Assembly: GCA_964525495.1 (NCBI GenBank)
Contig: CAZGHS010000005.1
Location: 12,599-76,598, forward strand
From: an uncultured Gammaproteobacteria bacterium
GTDB lineage: Bacteria; Patescibacteriota; Microgenomatia; JALYQM01
Direction: 5' to 3'
Length of the DNA: 64,000 bases
The position numbers were made by a program, and so were the translations under genes. This document shows, piece by piece, positions 47,773 through 57,483 of this stretch. Numbering within the stretch: position 1 is the stretch's first letter; every line of letters starts with the position of its first letter. The notes beneath the pieces were generated by a model. That model saw nothing but the letters and a program-made list of their open reading frames with translations, had not been told where the DNA came from and did not search any database.

Positions 47773-48479
47773 ACACACCAATAGTACAGCTCAAAGATAT
47801 CTGTTTCGGATACGGAGAAGAAGAAGTCCTCTGCAGTATTTCGCTAGATATTCACAAAGGAGACTTCATCGGCATTATCGGCCCAAATGGCAGTGGCAAG
47901 ACCACTCTTATCCGTATTCTCCTAGGACTAATGAAGCCGGGGAGCGGGGATATAAAACTCTTTGGTAAATCACTCAACAAATTCAAAGAATTTTCCAAAA
48001 TAGGATATGTTCCACAAAAAGCCACGCAGATAGATATCACTACACCTATCACAGTAGAAGAAATTATCTCACTCGCAACAGAAAATAAAAAAAATGTAGC
48101 AGATGCACTCCATGCCGTAGATCTCACCAGCAAAAAAGATAAACTCATCAGAGAGCTCTCAGGCGGCCAACAGCAGCGGGCTTTTATCGCCAAAGCACTT
48201 GCCTCCCAACCAGATCTTTTGATCCTCGACGAGCCAACCACAGGCGTTGACGTCAACACACAGGACGAGTTCTACAGTCTCCTCGCAAAACTCAACAAAA
48301 CTGGGCTGACCATAGTACTTGTCTCTCACGACATTGATGTAGTGGTAAATGAAGTGAATAAACTCGTCTGTCTCAATAAAAAACTCGTCTACCAAGGAAC
48401 ACCCAAACAATTTGTTAAAGATGAATACCTAGAAAAATTATATGGCAGCACGCGAAGGATGATTATTCACAAGCATTAA
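47769..48479 (+). CDS. znuC: Zn/Mn ABC transporter ATPase
   Basis: GPNGSGKTT, IGYVPQ, LSGGQQQR, LILDEPTTGVD, VSHD; ATGA overlap with znuA. Confidence 0.92.
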   Translation: MNTPIVQLKDICFGYGEEEVLCSISLDIHKGDFIGIIGPNGSGKTTLIRILLGLMKPGSGDIKLFGKSLNKFKEFSKIGYVPQKATQIDITTPITVEEIISLATENKKNVADALHAVDLTSKKDKLIRELSGGQQQRAFIAKALASQPDLLILDEPTTGVDVNTQDEFYSLLAKLNKTGLTIVLVSHDIDVVVNEVNKLVCLNKKLVYQGTPKQFVKDEYLEKLYGSTRRMIIHKH

Positions 48480-48483
48480 AACT

Positions 48484-49275
48484 ATGGAAATCTTTCAATA
48501 CACATTCATGATTCGCGCACTCACAGCAGGCATAATTATTGCCTTCATCGCACCACTCATCGGAATATTCCTTGTTAACAAAAAATATTCCCTGATGGCT
48601 GACACCCTCGCACACGTATCGCTCGCCGGAGTTGCTATCGGTTTACTCACCCAAGTCTATCCTGTTTACACTGCCCTTATCGTCACTGTTCTCGCAGCCA
48701 TCATGATTCAAAAACTTAACCAGGACAAAAAACTCAGCGGCGAAGCCACACTCGCACTTTTCTTATCCGGAGGTTTAGCGCTCGCAACAGTTCTCATCAG
48801 CTTTGCCCGAGGATTCAACGTTGACCTATTTGCTTACCTCTTCGGCAGCATCACCACTGTGACCACTACAGACATCTATATCGCACTCACAGTAGGAGTA
48901 ATCGTCTCACTCACCATCGCCGCAATATACAAACAATTACTCTATGTCTCAGTTGATGAAGAAGCAGCCCAGGTCAGCGGTATCAAGGTAAATAAAGTTA
49001 ATTACATTTTCATGATTCTGACCGCCATCACTATCGCACTATCCATTCGCATCATCGGAATTCTATTAGTCAGCGCACTCATGGTCATCCCCGTACTCAC
49101 CGCGTCACAAATCGCTAAAAGCTTTGTCCAAACTCTGCTCTATGCCATCATTTTCAGCATTTACTTTGTCATCGCCGGACTCTATCTATCTTTCTATTTC
49201 AACCTAGCCGCAGGGGGAGCCATTGTTCTCTTCGCGCTCGCAAATTTCTTAGTAATAAAAGTAATCAAGAAATAA
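48484..49275 (+). CDS. znuB: Zn/Mn ABC transporter permease
   Basis: SLMADTLAHVSLAGVA, YLFGSI, IGILLVSALMVIP. Confidence 0.92.
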   Translation: MEIFQYTFMIRALTAGIIIAFIAPLIGIFLVNKKYSLMADTLAHVSLAGVAIGLLTQVYPVYTALIVTVLAAIMIQKLNQDKKLSGEATLALFLSGGLALATVLISFARGFNVDLFAYLFGSITTVTTTDIYIALTVGVIVSLTIAAIYKQLLYVSVDEEAAQVSGIKVNKVNYIFMILTAITIALSIRIIGILLVSALMVIPVLTASQIAKSFVQTLLYAIIFSIYFVIAGLYLSFYFNLAAGGAIVLFALANFLVIKVIKK

Positions 49276-49276
49276 A

Positions 49277-50446
49277 TTATTTAGCAGGCACTAGTCTGTA
49301 AATCTTATCATCCTTATCCTTAACACTCCCACGTCCATCTCGATTACTTGACGAGAAATAAATATTGCCATCTGGTCCTGTCACAACGTCACGCACTCGT
49401 CCAACATCCACGCCTGCGAGTTTGTTATGCGACAATACGTTTGTTCCATCTGTATTCAACACTGCCCGGTAAATTCCTTGTCCGCGTAATGCACCATAAA
49501 AGAAATTATTCTCAAATTGAGGAAATACTTTTCCTGTATAAAAACTTCCAGATCCAGGAGCAATCGCAGGTGTATACAAAACTTGTGGATCCATCATGCC
49601 ATCTCGGCGTTTATCATGAGACACAACAGGCCAACCATAATTTGCAGCCCGCTCAATCATATTCACTTCGTCACCTCCGCCTGGTCCGTCACCTCCAGAA
49701 GGCCCGTGCTCAGTCTCCCACATAGTTTTCGTCACTGGATGCCAATCAATTCCTTGAGGATTACGATGACCATACGACCAGACATACGAATTAGGAAATG
49801 GATTATCGCTCGGAATCGACCCATCGCTATTCATACGCAATATTTTCCCAGCCAGCGAGGTTTTATCCTGTGCCAATTCTTTTTGAGACGCATCACCAGT
49901 AGTCATATATAGTTTTCCATCCGGTCCAAACTTCAGACGGCTCCCCGCATGAACTTGCGCTGCAGGCACGCCTTCAATCAAAGTTTTATCCACACGCAAT
50001 TTGTCACCTTCATCAACAGCCCGCACTACTCGATCAGCGCCACGTCCACTCGCATAGGTATACGCAATATACACATATTTATTTGAAGCATAATTCGGAT
50101 CCAAAGTCATTCCTAGTAATCCATCTTCAGACCGAGTCGAGACATCAAAGGTAATCATCGGCTCTTTACGCACAACACCTTTTTCTACTACTTTCACTGC
50201 ACCACTTCGTTCAGTTACCAAAACCCGATCCGCAGAAGTGAACACGATACTCCATGGTACAAACAAGGAATCTGCATACACCTCTACTTTGTATCCCACC
50301 GCAACAGGACTCTCTTCGCTCGTATTCGTAGGCGAAGTAGTTCCATTGGATGAATTCTGAGGTAATGCAGTAGATTGCTGAGAAGTACACGCAGTTAACA
50401 GGAGAACACTCAGTAAAATAACAGTCAAAGATGTAACTTTATGCAT
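49277..50446 (-). CDS. PQQ-dependent sugar dehydrogenase (YliI/Asd-like) lipoprotein
   Basis: LLTAC lipobox; EDGLLG..LDPNY, H.GSRLKFGPDGKLY.TTGD, GHRNPQG, EHGP..GDE.N, NYGWP, GRVRDV. Confidence 0.9.
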   Translation of the reverse strand: MHKVTSLTVILLSVLLLTACTSQQSTALPQNSSNGTTSPTNTSEESPVAVGYKVEVYADSLFVPWSIVFTSADRVLVTERSGAVKVVEKGVVRKEPMITFDVSTRSEDGLLGMTLDPNYASNKYVYIAYTYASGRGADRVVRAVDEGDKLRVDKTLIEGVPAAQVHAGSRLKFGPDGKLYMTTGDASQKELAQDKTSLAGKILRMNSDGSIPSDNPFPNSYVWSYGHRNPQGIDWHPVTKTMWETEHGPSGGDGPGGGDEVNMIERAANYGWPVVSHDKRRDGMMDPQVLYTPAIAPGSGSFYTGKVFPQFENNFFYGALRGQGIYRAVLNTDGTNVLSHNKLAGVDVGRVRDVVTGPDGNIYFSSSNRDGRGSVKDKDDKIYRLVPAK

Positions 50447-50792
50447 ACTAGTAATATACTAAAAACAAAAGCTATTGACCAGCATTACGCCAGTCATCGT
50501 CGCTGACAGTCACATCTTGGCCATTAACAACTTCTCTTGAATAAATCTCTCGATCATTAAGTCGGATCAAACCACCATGCTTTGGACGCAATTGATCAGC
50601 ATATTTTTTCTCCAATGCCACAATTTATAAACATAGTCATTCCCTCAGCTGTACTTCACAAAAAAAGAGAAGGAAACCGCAATAGCAATTTTCTCTATGT
50701 TGAAATATTACCAGACGAGCGAGGCGACGGTTGGCAAGCAACAGAAATAGATTACGTAGACTTCTGATAGTAATGATATAATTAAATAAAAT

Positions 50793-51449
50793 ATGAGCGA
50801 GGGCAGAACAAAAATTTCACCAGAACAATTTAATACCGAACAACAACAATTTTTAGAAGAGCTTAATCGCATAGCAGGACACCATCCTCCACGAAGAATC
50901 CCTGAACTTTCCAACTTAGCATTGTCTGGTTCAAACTTCCTCTATCAGGACTTATCAAACAATCCGGTAAGACAACGACTAGACGCAGCAAAAGTGCAGG
51001 AAGGTATCCGCGCTGTTTGGTATGGAATACAGGGGCGGCAAATGTCTGCGGCTAATATAATAAATAATCTCGATGCCTGGTTAGACGGAAAAAATTTAAG
51101 AGCAGTGAGTCATGACTTTATATCCAAAGTGGCGGAGATTCGAACGTCCTGGACGGCGGATGCTATAAATAACAGTGAGTGTCTATTTCCTACATCACAG
51201 TTATCTTTTCCTAAAGTGGCAGCCATGCTTGAATTTATAGCTCAGCATGCAGCTGAGCAAGAGGGGCAAGCAGCCTTGTCTGAAGAAGAACAAGCAGTAT
51301 ATTTTCTGGCAGCGACTATAGCACGCACAGTAGCCGGGGATCTCGCGCTCGTAGTAACTGATAGGGGATCACTAGATACTGATAAAACTATAGAGCTATT
51401 AGAAACACCACTCAATAAAGCCGGAATAAGTTTAAGAAGACTAATCTAA
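50793..51449 (+). CDS. Hypothetical protein (218 aa)
   Basis: Uninterrupted ORF with TGATATAAT 10 nt upstream of the ATG; no motif recognised. Confidence 0.65.
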   Translation: MSEGRTKISPEQFNTEQQQFLEELNRIAGHHPPRRIPELSNLALSGSNFLYQDLSNNPVRQRLDAAKVQEGIRAVWYGIQGRQMSAANIINNLDAWLDGKNLRAVSHDFISKVAEIRTSWTADAINNSECLFPTSQLSFPKVAAMLEFIAQHAAEQEGQAALSEEEQAVYFLAATIARTVAGDLALVVTDRGSLDTDKTIELLETPLNKAGISLRRLI

Positions 51450-51451
51450 AG

Positions 51452-51523
51452 TACCCCCGACCAGAATCGAACTGATATCTATCCCTTAGGACGGGACTGT
51501 TCTATCCGTTGAACTACGGGGGC
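51452..51523 (-). tRNA. tRNA-Arg(CCT), CCA not encoded
   Basis: Reverse complement folds as GCCCCCG/CGGGGGT acceptor stem, GTTC-AACGGATA-GAAC D arm (A20 Arg identity element), GTCCC-GTCCTAA-GGGAT anticodon arm, ATCAG-TTCGATT-CTGGT T arm. TGATATAAT lies upstream. Confidence 0.93.
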
Positions 51524-51567
51524 ACAATCTTCTCGATTATATCATTTAAGCCTGAAGATCTTTTAAA

Positions 51568-52488
51568 CTAGCTATTCTGATTACGCATTTCCCAATACTT
51601 CACATAACTAGTTCGGATATGCAACGCAGAATAAATAGCCCAGACCAATCCGGCAAATCCATCCATAAAGCCTTTATGCCGAAAGTAAAGGCTAAAAAAG
51701 GTCTTACTCGGGATATAGAACATCCATTTAAAAAGCGAAAATATATCAGTTCCAGGGGCAAAATTACTTTTTGCTCCAGGTTTTTTTTGAAAATTATCCA
51801 GCCATTCCTGAGCTTGCAAGCTAGTATAGCGATTCGAACGCTGCAAATAGCGAGAAAAAGTTGGATCGGCCATGTGGATTAAGTCAGACGACAGCACGGA
51901 TATTTGGCCATCAATAATCATCTGATCATGCACTTCTTTCAATGCAAAATGTGCTTTTCCTTTTTTAACCAAACGCACAGTCCCATCTGGATATGCGCCA
52001 CCATGCATCAAAAATTTTCCCAAGAAATAATTCCGACGAGGTAAATAAAATGCCACAATAGGACCATCTTTTGTTCCTACACTACCATCTCGCTCCTCGA
52101 GCTGCGTTAAATGTCGAATAAGTAAATCATATTTAGTAGGATCCACACTATGATTTTCTAAATCCGCCTTTTTTGACGATACGACTTTAATGATTTCTTC
52201 AGCTAATTCATGTGAAACTCGTTCATCAGCATCAAGCTGCAAAACCCACTCGCCTGTAGCCGCATCAAGTGCTTTTTGCTTATTAATATGAAAAATTGGA
52301 GGGTTATCTGTCTTAATTATCTTTGCACCAAATGTCTCAGCTATTTCAACAGTTTTATCAGTGCTTCCACCATCTACAATCACAATTTCCTGGGCAATGT
52401 CTTTAACTGATTCTAAGCACTCTTTTAGGTTAGCTTCCTCATTAAAAACAGCTAAAACCACAGATAAATTAGTTTGTTTTCCGTCCAT
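51568..52488 (-). CDS. Glycosyltransferase family 2 (WaaE/KdtX-like)
   Basis: LSVV...NEE.NL..CLESV, VDGGSTDKT, WVLQLDADER, PR.NYFLGK, YPD..VRL, VH. Confidence 0.9.
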   Translation of the reverse strand: MDGKQTNLSVVLAVFNEEANLKECLESVKDIAQEIVIVDGGSTDKTVEIAETFGAKIIKTDNPPIFHINKQKALDAATGEWVLQLDADERVSHELAEEIIKVVSSKKADLENHSVDPTKYDLLIRHLTQLEERDGSVGTKDGPIVAFYLPRRNYFLGKFLMHGGAYPDGTVRLVKKGKAHFALKEVHDQMIIDGQISVLSSDLIHMADPTFSRYLQRSNRYTSLQAQEWLDNFQKKPGAKSNFAPGTDIFSLFKWMFYIPSKTFFSLYFRHKGFMDGFAGLVWAIYSALHIRTSYVKYWEMRNQNS

Positions 52489-52490
52489 AA

Positions 52491-53213
52491 TTAGCGTAAT
52501 TGTACCAAAGCAGAAGGATATATAACATCAGTCCACAAAATGTACTCTTTTGATGAAGGATGCAGTCCATCCCAGTTAATCAAGCTCATATCTTTACCCA
52601 TACCTTTACTTAATTCAAAGATATCGACATAAGTAACATTTTTTTTACGACTTTCTTCCATAACTATTTCATTAAACGATGAGACACCTTCAGAAATATC
52701 TCGTCCTCCTCCGTACGCTTTACCTGTCGGTGTAACACCAAAATCAGGGATAGTTACCACAAGTAAGCGCTTAGAGGAGGGGAGAGTAGTGAGCATCTGA
52801 TCAAGCAAGAAAAGGAAATTTTTTCGAAATGTGTCTTCATCAATACCTTGAACCCAGTCATTTACGCCGATCAAAAGTGTAGCAAAATCTGCTTTAGATT
52901 CTTTATAAATAGGTAAGCCAGTATCAATCAGATTCTGAGTAGTCCAGCCTGTCCGAGCGACATTCCCAACAAGTTCTACCCCAATTCCATTCTCATTTAA
53001 TCGCTTCGTTAATTCATTAGGCCAGCGTTCAGGTTCTTTCACGCCTTCACCAATGGTATATGAGTCTCCCATAGCTATATAGCGTAATCGTGAGCTATCG
53101 GTTGTCGCAGGCAATGAGGAATCAATAGTAATCGGACCTTTATTTTGTCGCAGCAAAAGAATTACGCACAAACCGGCTACTATAAGAACACCGATAGGCA
53201 AAATATAATTCAT
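52491..53213 (-). CDS. SGNH/GDSL hydrolase with N-terminal membrane anchor
   Basis: AMGDSYTIG, GWTT, IGVND, DGLHPS. Start at MNYILP (53213), 6 nt after TATACT. Confidence 0.9.
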   Translation of the reverse strand: MNYILPIGVLIVAGLCVILLLRQNKGPITIDSSLPATTDSSRLRYIAMGDSYTIGEGVKEPERWPNELTKRLNENGIGVELVGNVARTGWTTQNLIDTGLPIYKESKADFATLLIGVNDWVQGIDEDTFRKNFLFLLDQMLTTLPSSKRLLVVTIPDFGVTPTGKAYGGGRDISEGVSSFNEIVMEESRKKNVTYVDIFELSKGMGKDMSLINWDGLHPSSKEYILWTDVIYPSALVQLR

Positions 53214-53217
53214 ACGT

Positions 53218-55092
53218 TTAGTATACATCTGATAGCGTGGTAACAATATTTCGAAGCGGTTCACGACCAAACACATACAATTCATTCATCGCACGCGTTA
53301 GCGCAACGTACAACAAATCATGATTTACTTTCCGCAATTCTCTTCCCAGTTCTGATGAAGTGTCTCCAATTACAAAATATTGTCGATCAACTCCTACCAA
53401 AAATACTGCATCAAACTCGACACCCTGCGCTTCATTTATAGTCATCATCTTCACATCGGAATTTTCTGCAAATACTTTTCTATAAGCTTCTAAATACTCA
53501 TCATTTTTTGCCAAAATTCCCACAACGCCGCCATCGCGCGCTTCGATCAGATCTTCAATCTTCTCGATCTCCATAGCTTTTGTAGTCAAAACATGTTCCT
53601 GTACTTCCTTACCTAGATTCACGCCGTCAGGAATCGTAGTACTAAATCCAACTGATTGAATATATTCCAATATTTGTCGAGTATTACGATATACTTTTTG
53701 TAAAACAACTTTACGGCCCTCACCAAAAGACTCGCCCACGAGATTCCAGTCTTCAATAGTAAAAGCACGTGTCTTCTGAGCCAGATCTCCCACGTAGAGC
53801 ATCGCTTTGGTCTTCTTACTCACACACTGGAGTAAAATTTCGATCTGTTCTTGTAAAAAGTTTTCTGCTTCGTCGACAACAATCAAAGAATACTGCAAAG
53901 GAACTTCCTTAAAAGTTTTTTTGAATTTCATTCCCTTTAATAATTCGTACTCTGCTTTCTGCTCCTTTAGTGCCCCTTCTTGCAAGATCGCACACTTGCC
54001 CAGGAGGGACAAGTCGAACCGATCAATCACTCGATCGTGCATTTGTCGTGCCCATACTTCCATAAGAGAGGACGAAAAATAAGGGGAATAATATTCTGAC
54101 AAGAACCCAAAAATATCTTTCTGTTGTACGACTTTTTTTTCGGGGACAGCACTAGTGAGTGCTTTGAGAGCACCGTTCTTTGCAAATTCATACAGATCTT
54201 TTTCGCTCTCATGTGCACCATATTTCTGCACAAAGTGCACATTCTTTAGTCCAAGTTTTTCAATAATCCATTCGTCAAATGTTACAATCGTGACTTTTTT
54301 AATACCAAGGTCGGGCAGGAGGTTCGAGAAATATGCTTTCGTTGACGCATCCTGTACAAACACAATTATCGAGTGAGCAGGAAACGCCGTTTCAGTTTCT
54401 GGAGCTTGTGTTAGGTACGCAACACGGTGCAACGCCAGTGTAGTCTTACCCGATCCAGCTGGACCCGAGATCAGAAACGATCCCCGCCAATGCGCACGGA
54501 TCACTTCGTCTTGAGCCTTTTCCATCTGCTCGACTATTTCCGGCAGGATAAAGTCAGATTTTTTGCGAGCGAGTCGTTCTTGGTACACCAATTCGCGAGG
54601 CTGACCGATACCTTCCATAGCCATAAATACAATATGGCCGTCTACTATCATGTATTGTTCTTTATAGTTTAAAGATCCGTCGACTGGACGATCGTTCAAG
54701 TTCATGTAGGTAAATCGGCCAGGAGCTTCAAAGCGCAACCGCGCGATAGGAGTCGTCCAAGATGAAATCGAATCATTTGAAAAAGGAAATTTACCTATAT
54801 ATCGCACTGTTTCTGCTGAGTCTTTATCAAATTGCAATCGAATTTGGGTGAAGTAAGGCGAGTCCTTTAATTTCTGCAATTCATCCAGGCGTTTTTTACC
54901 TTCTTCAAGCTTTACCTTTTCAACATCCGTATAACCTTCGTCATGTGATCCTTTTTCAGCACCCTTAATCACATCCTCAAAAAACTCATTCTGCTCGCGC
55001 ACTTTAGCAATCTCGTCAACAATATGTGTTTGGACAGTATGTACATGTCGCTGTGCGTGTTCCCGCAGCTCATCTTTTGCAAGCTGATCCAT
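53218..55092 (-). CDS. HelD-like SF1 (UvrD-family) ATPase
   Basis: SPYF..I...YIG...W..PIA N-domain; SGPAGSGKTTLALHRVAYL; VVDEAE; YRNT..I; AQGVEFDAV; LYVALTRA. Start MDQL has a GGAGG SD. Confidence 0.8.
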   Translation of the reverse strand: MDQLAKDELREHAQRHVHTVQTHIVDEIAKVREQNEFFEDVIKGAEKGSHDEGYTDVEKVKLEEGKKRLDELQKLKDSPYFTQIRLQFDKDSAETVRYIGKFPFSNDSISSWTTPIARLRFEAPGRFTYMNLNDRPVDGSLNYKEQYMIVDGHIVFMAMEGIGQPRELVYQERLARKKSDFILPEIVEQMEKAQDEVIRAHWRGSFLISGPAGSGKTTLALHRVAYLTQAPETETAFPAHSIIVFVQDASTKAYFSNLLPDLGIKKVTIVTFDEWIIEKLGLKNVHFVQKYGAHESEKDLYEFAKNGALKALTSAVPEKKVVQQKDIFGFLSEYYSPYFSSSLMEVWARQMHDRVIDRFDLSLLGKCAILQEGALKEQKAEYELLKGMKFKKTFKEVPLQYSLIVVDEAENFLQEQIEILLQCVSKKTKAMLYVGDLAQKTRAFTIEDWNLVGESFGEGRKVVLQKVYRNTRQILEYIQSVGFSTTIPDGVNLGKEVQEHVLTTKAMEIEKIEDLIEARDGGVVGILAKNDEYLEAYRKVFAENSDVKMMTINEAQGVEFDAVFLVGVDRQYFVIGDTSSELGRELRKVNHDLLYVALTRAMNELYVFGREPLRNIVTTLSDVY

Positions 55093-55178
55093 GAGAGCCT
55101 CCGGAGTAAACAGGGGATAAGACTTGCAGCATAGCAAATACGTCGAGATTTAGCAATAAAAGCATTAAAAAACTAACT

Positions 55179-55718
55179 TTAGCAATCTAATTTTTCAAAT
55201 ACCAAATAGGCAAGTAACGGATAAGCGTATTCATCACACGCAATCATTTTTTTTACTTCATCAATACTCATAAGATGAACAGAATCAATATACTCATCTT
55301 CATCAAGATTTTGGTTATGAGATTTAACACAATTCTTAGCTAAATACAGATAGCGCTTTGCAGTCGTATACGCTCCGTCAAATCCTGCTCGCAACAGTGA
55401 AATATCATCAGAAGTATAGCCAGTTTCTTCTTGTAACTCGCGAAGTGCCTCAACCTGAGGATCATCTCCGTTGTCCAAACTCCCGGCTGGGGACTCATAA
55501 AAATATTTATCAGGACCAACACGAAATTGTCGTATCAAAATTACTTGATTATCAGGAGTTAAGGCAAAAACATGGCCAAATGGCCCTTCGTCTTTCAATT
55601 CTACCGTTTTCTTCCGCCCGTCTTCACATTCATAAACTCTTTTCTGAACGCGCAGCCCTTTAGAAGAAGTTTCAAAAATAGTTTCATTAGAAATCAGTTT
55701 CCAGGAAAGATCAGACAT
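55179..55718 (-). CDS. NUDIX hydrolase (ADP-ribose pyrophosphatase-like)
   Basis: LIRQFR, E.PAG.....D....ALRELQEETGY NUDIX box, LDEDE.I; GGAGG SD. Confidence 0.92.
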   Translation of the reverse strand: MSDLSWKLISNETIFETSSKGLRVQKRVYECEDGRKKTVELKDEGPFGHVFALTPDNQVILIRQFRVGPDKYFYESPAGSLDNGDDPQVEALRELQEETGYTSDDISLLRAGFDGAYTTAKRYLYLAKNCVKSHNQNLDEDEYIDSVHLMSIDEVKKMIACDEYAYPLLAYLVFEKLDC

Positions 55719-55777
55719 AAAGCCTCCAATATTAATAAGGCGATTATATCAAAGCTAAAAGTGATATAATTACCTAT

Positions 55778-56407
55778 ATGAAAAATCTATATTTTCTCTC
55801 AACTGTTCTCCTCGTAATGACACTCGCAGCCTGCACACAAAACACACCAGAAACACCATCTGCAGAAAATTCAACTGAAAATATGCAGACAGAAAATCAA
55901 AATAGTACTAATAATTCTGACCAGAAAGTGAATATTATGAAAAAAGCTACAATTGAAACAAACATGGGCAATATTACAATAGAATTCTATCCAACAGACG
56001 CGCCTAAAACAGTCGAAAACTTCCAGAAACTCGCATCAAGCGGTTTCTATAACAATGTCGTCTTCCACCGCGTTATCAAAGGCTTCATGATCCAAGGTGG
56101 CGACCCAACAGGTACAGGAACAGGTGGTCCAGGCTACAAATTCAATGATGAAATTAATAAAACCAGCGATTTATACAAAACAGGCTATAAAAAAGGTGTT
56201 GTGGCAATGGCAAATGCAGGTCCAAACACCAACGGAAGTCAGTTCTTTATAATGCACGCAGACTACCCACTCCCACCTAGTTATACAATCTTCGGAAGAG
56301 TTGTCGAAGGACTAGATGTTGTAGATAAAATTGCAAATTCGCCAACTGATCCGAGCGATAAGCCTGTCACAGCAGTGACAATGAAATCAGTTAAGCTTTC
56401 TGACTAA
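55778..56407 (+). CDS. Cyclophilin-type peptidyl-prolyl isomerase with lipoprotein-like N-terminus
   Basis: TLAAC; APKTVENF, FHRVIKGFMIQGGDP, AMANAGPNTNGSQFFI, YTIFGRV. Confidence 0.95.
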   Translation: MKNLYFLSTVLLVMTLAACTQNTPETPSAENSTENMQTENQNSTNNSDQKVNIMKKATIETNMGNITIEFYPTDAPKTVENFQKLASSGFYNNVVFHRVIKGFMIQGGDPTGTGTGGPGYKFNDEINKTSDLYKTGYKKGVVAMANAGPNTNGSQFFIMHADYPLPPSYTIFGRVVEGLDVVDKIANSPTDPSDKPVTAVTMKSVKLSD

Positions 56408-56427
56408 CTCGTGTATAATCGTAGCTA

Positions 56428-57483
56428 ATGAAGGTTGCAATTGACGTATCTCCACTCAGTTCAGGTCATGCCGTGCGTGGTATAGGATTCTATACAAAAT
56501 CACTCGTTGAAGGGCTACAATCCCGAAATGATGGCAATGAATACAATCTAGTCGAGTCAGAGGTAGAAATCGATGCAATTAAACCAGACCTCATTCACTA
56601 TCCTTTTTACGATCTATTTTTTCCAACCGCCCCAGATCGTAAAAATATACCAGTGATCGTAACCCTTCACGATGTTACTCCACTCGTATTGCCCGAACTC
56701 TTTCCTAAAGGAATCAAAGGTTGGTGGAATCTCCGACAACAACTCAAAAAACTAAAAAAAATGGACGGTGTTATCACGGACTCCGAATGTTCTAAGCGCG
56801 ACATCCATTCGTTATGCAACATTTCGAAAGAAAAAATAGAAACTGTCTATCTTGCCTGCGATCCAACATATAAACCAGAAACAAATACCCAGAAGCTCGA
56901 AGAAGTAAAACGAAAATATAACCTTCCAGAAAAATATTGTATAAAAGTAGGAGATATAAATAAGCACAAGAACTTCAGAGTATTATTTGATGCGCTTACT
57001 CGATTGCCAGATGTACATTTAATTCTAGTCGGCAAAGCGCTCGATGAAAAAAGTCCGTTAGTACCAGAACTAAAAGAAATCGTAGAAGATATTCAAGCCT
57101 TTGGTTTACAGAACCGAGTGCACAGGTTAGGATTCGTTCCGACTGAAGATATGAATGCACTTTATTCACTTGCCCGCTGCACCGTCCAGAACTCGTTGTA
57201 TGAAGGGTTCGGATTAACAGCACTCGAATCTATGACATGTGGCACCCCTGTGATCGTAGGCAGCACAGGAAGCCAACCAGAAGTAGTTGGAACTGCTGGG
57301 ATACTAATTAATCCAGAAGATGTAACGGAAACAGCAGATGCGATCGAACGTATGTTCAAATTAGAGCAGGACCAGTACGATATACTCAAACAAAAATCAC
57401 TTGATCAATCCAAAAAATTCTCAGTACAAAAAATGGTCGACGAAACAGCGCATATATATGAAAAATTTAAACCAATACATTAA
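56428..57483 (+). CDS. Glycosyltransferase family 4 (MtfB-like)
   Basis: RGIG.Y, VTLHDV.P, ITDSE.SK.DI, KN, YEGFGL..LE.M.CGTPV. Confidence 0.92.
   Translation: MKVAIDVSPLSSGHAVRGIGFYTKSLVEGLQSRNDGNEYNLVESEVEIDAIKPDLIHYPFYDLFFPTAPDRKNIPVIVTLHDVTPLVLPELFPKGIKGWWNLRQQLKKLKKMDGVITDSECSKRDIHSLCNISKEKIETVYLACDPTYKPETNTQKLEEVKRKYNLPEKYCIKVGDINKHKNFRVLFDALTRLPDVHLILVGKALDEKSPLVPELKEIVEDIQAFGLQNRVHRLGFVPTEDMNALYSLARCTVQNSLYEGFGLTALESMTCGTPVIVGSTGSQPEVVGTAGILINPEDVTETADAIERMFKLEQDQYDILKQKSLDQSKKFSVQKMVDETAHIYEKFKPIH

Noticed and set aside
50582-50914. Short ORFs of 61 aa (+) and 68 aa (-)
   Set aside because: No motifs or start signals; the minus ORF overlaps the 218-aa gene.
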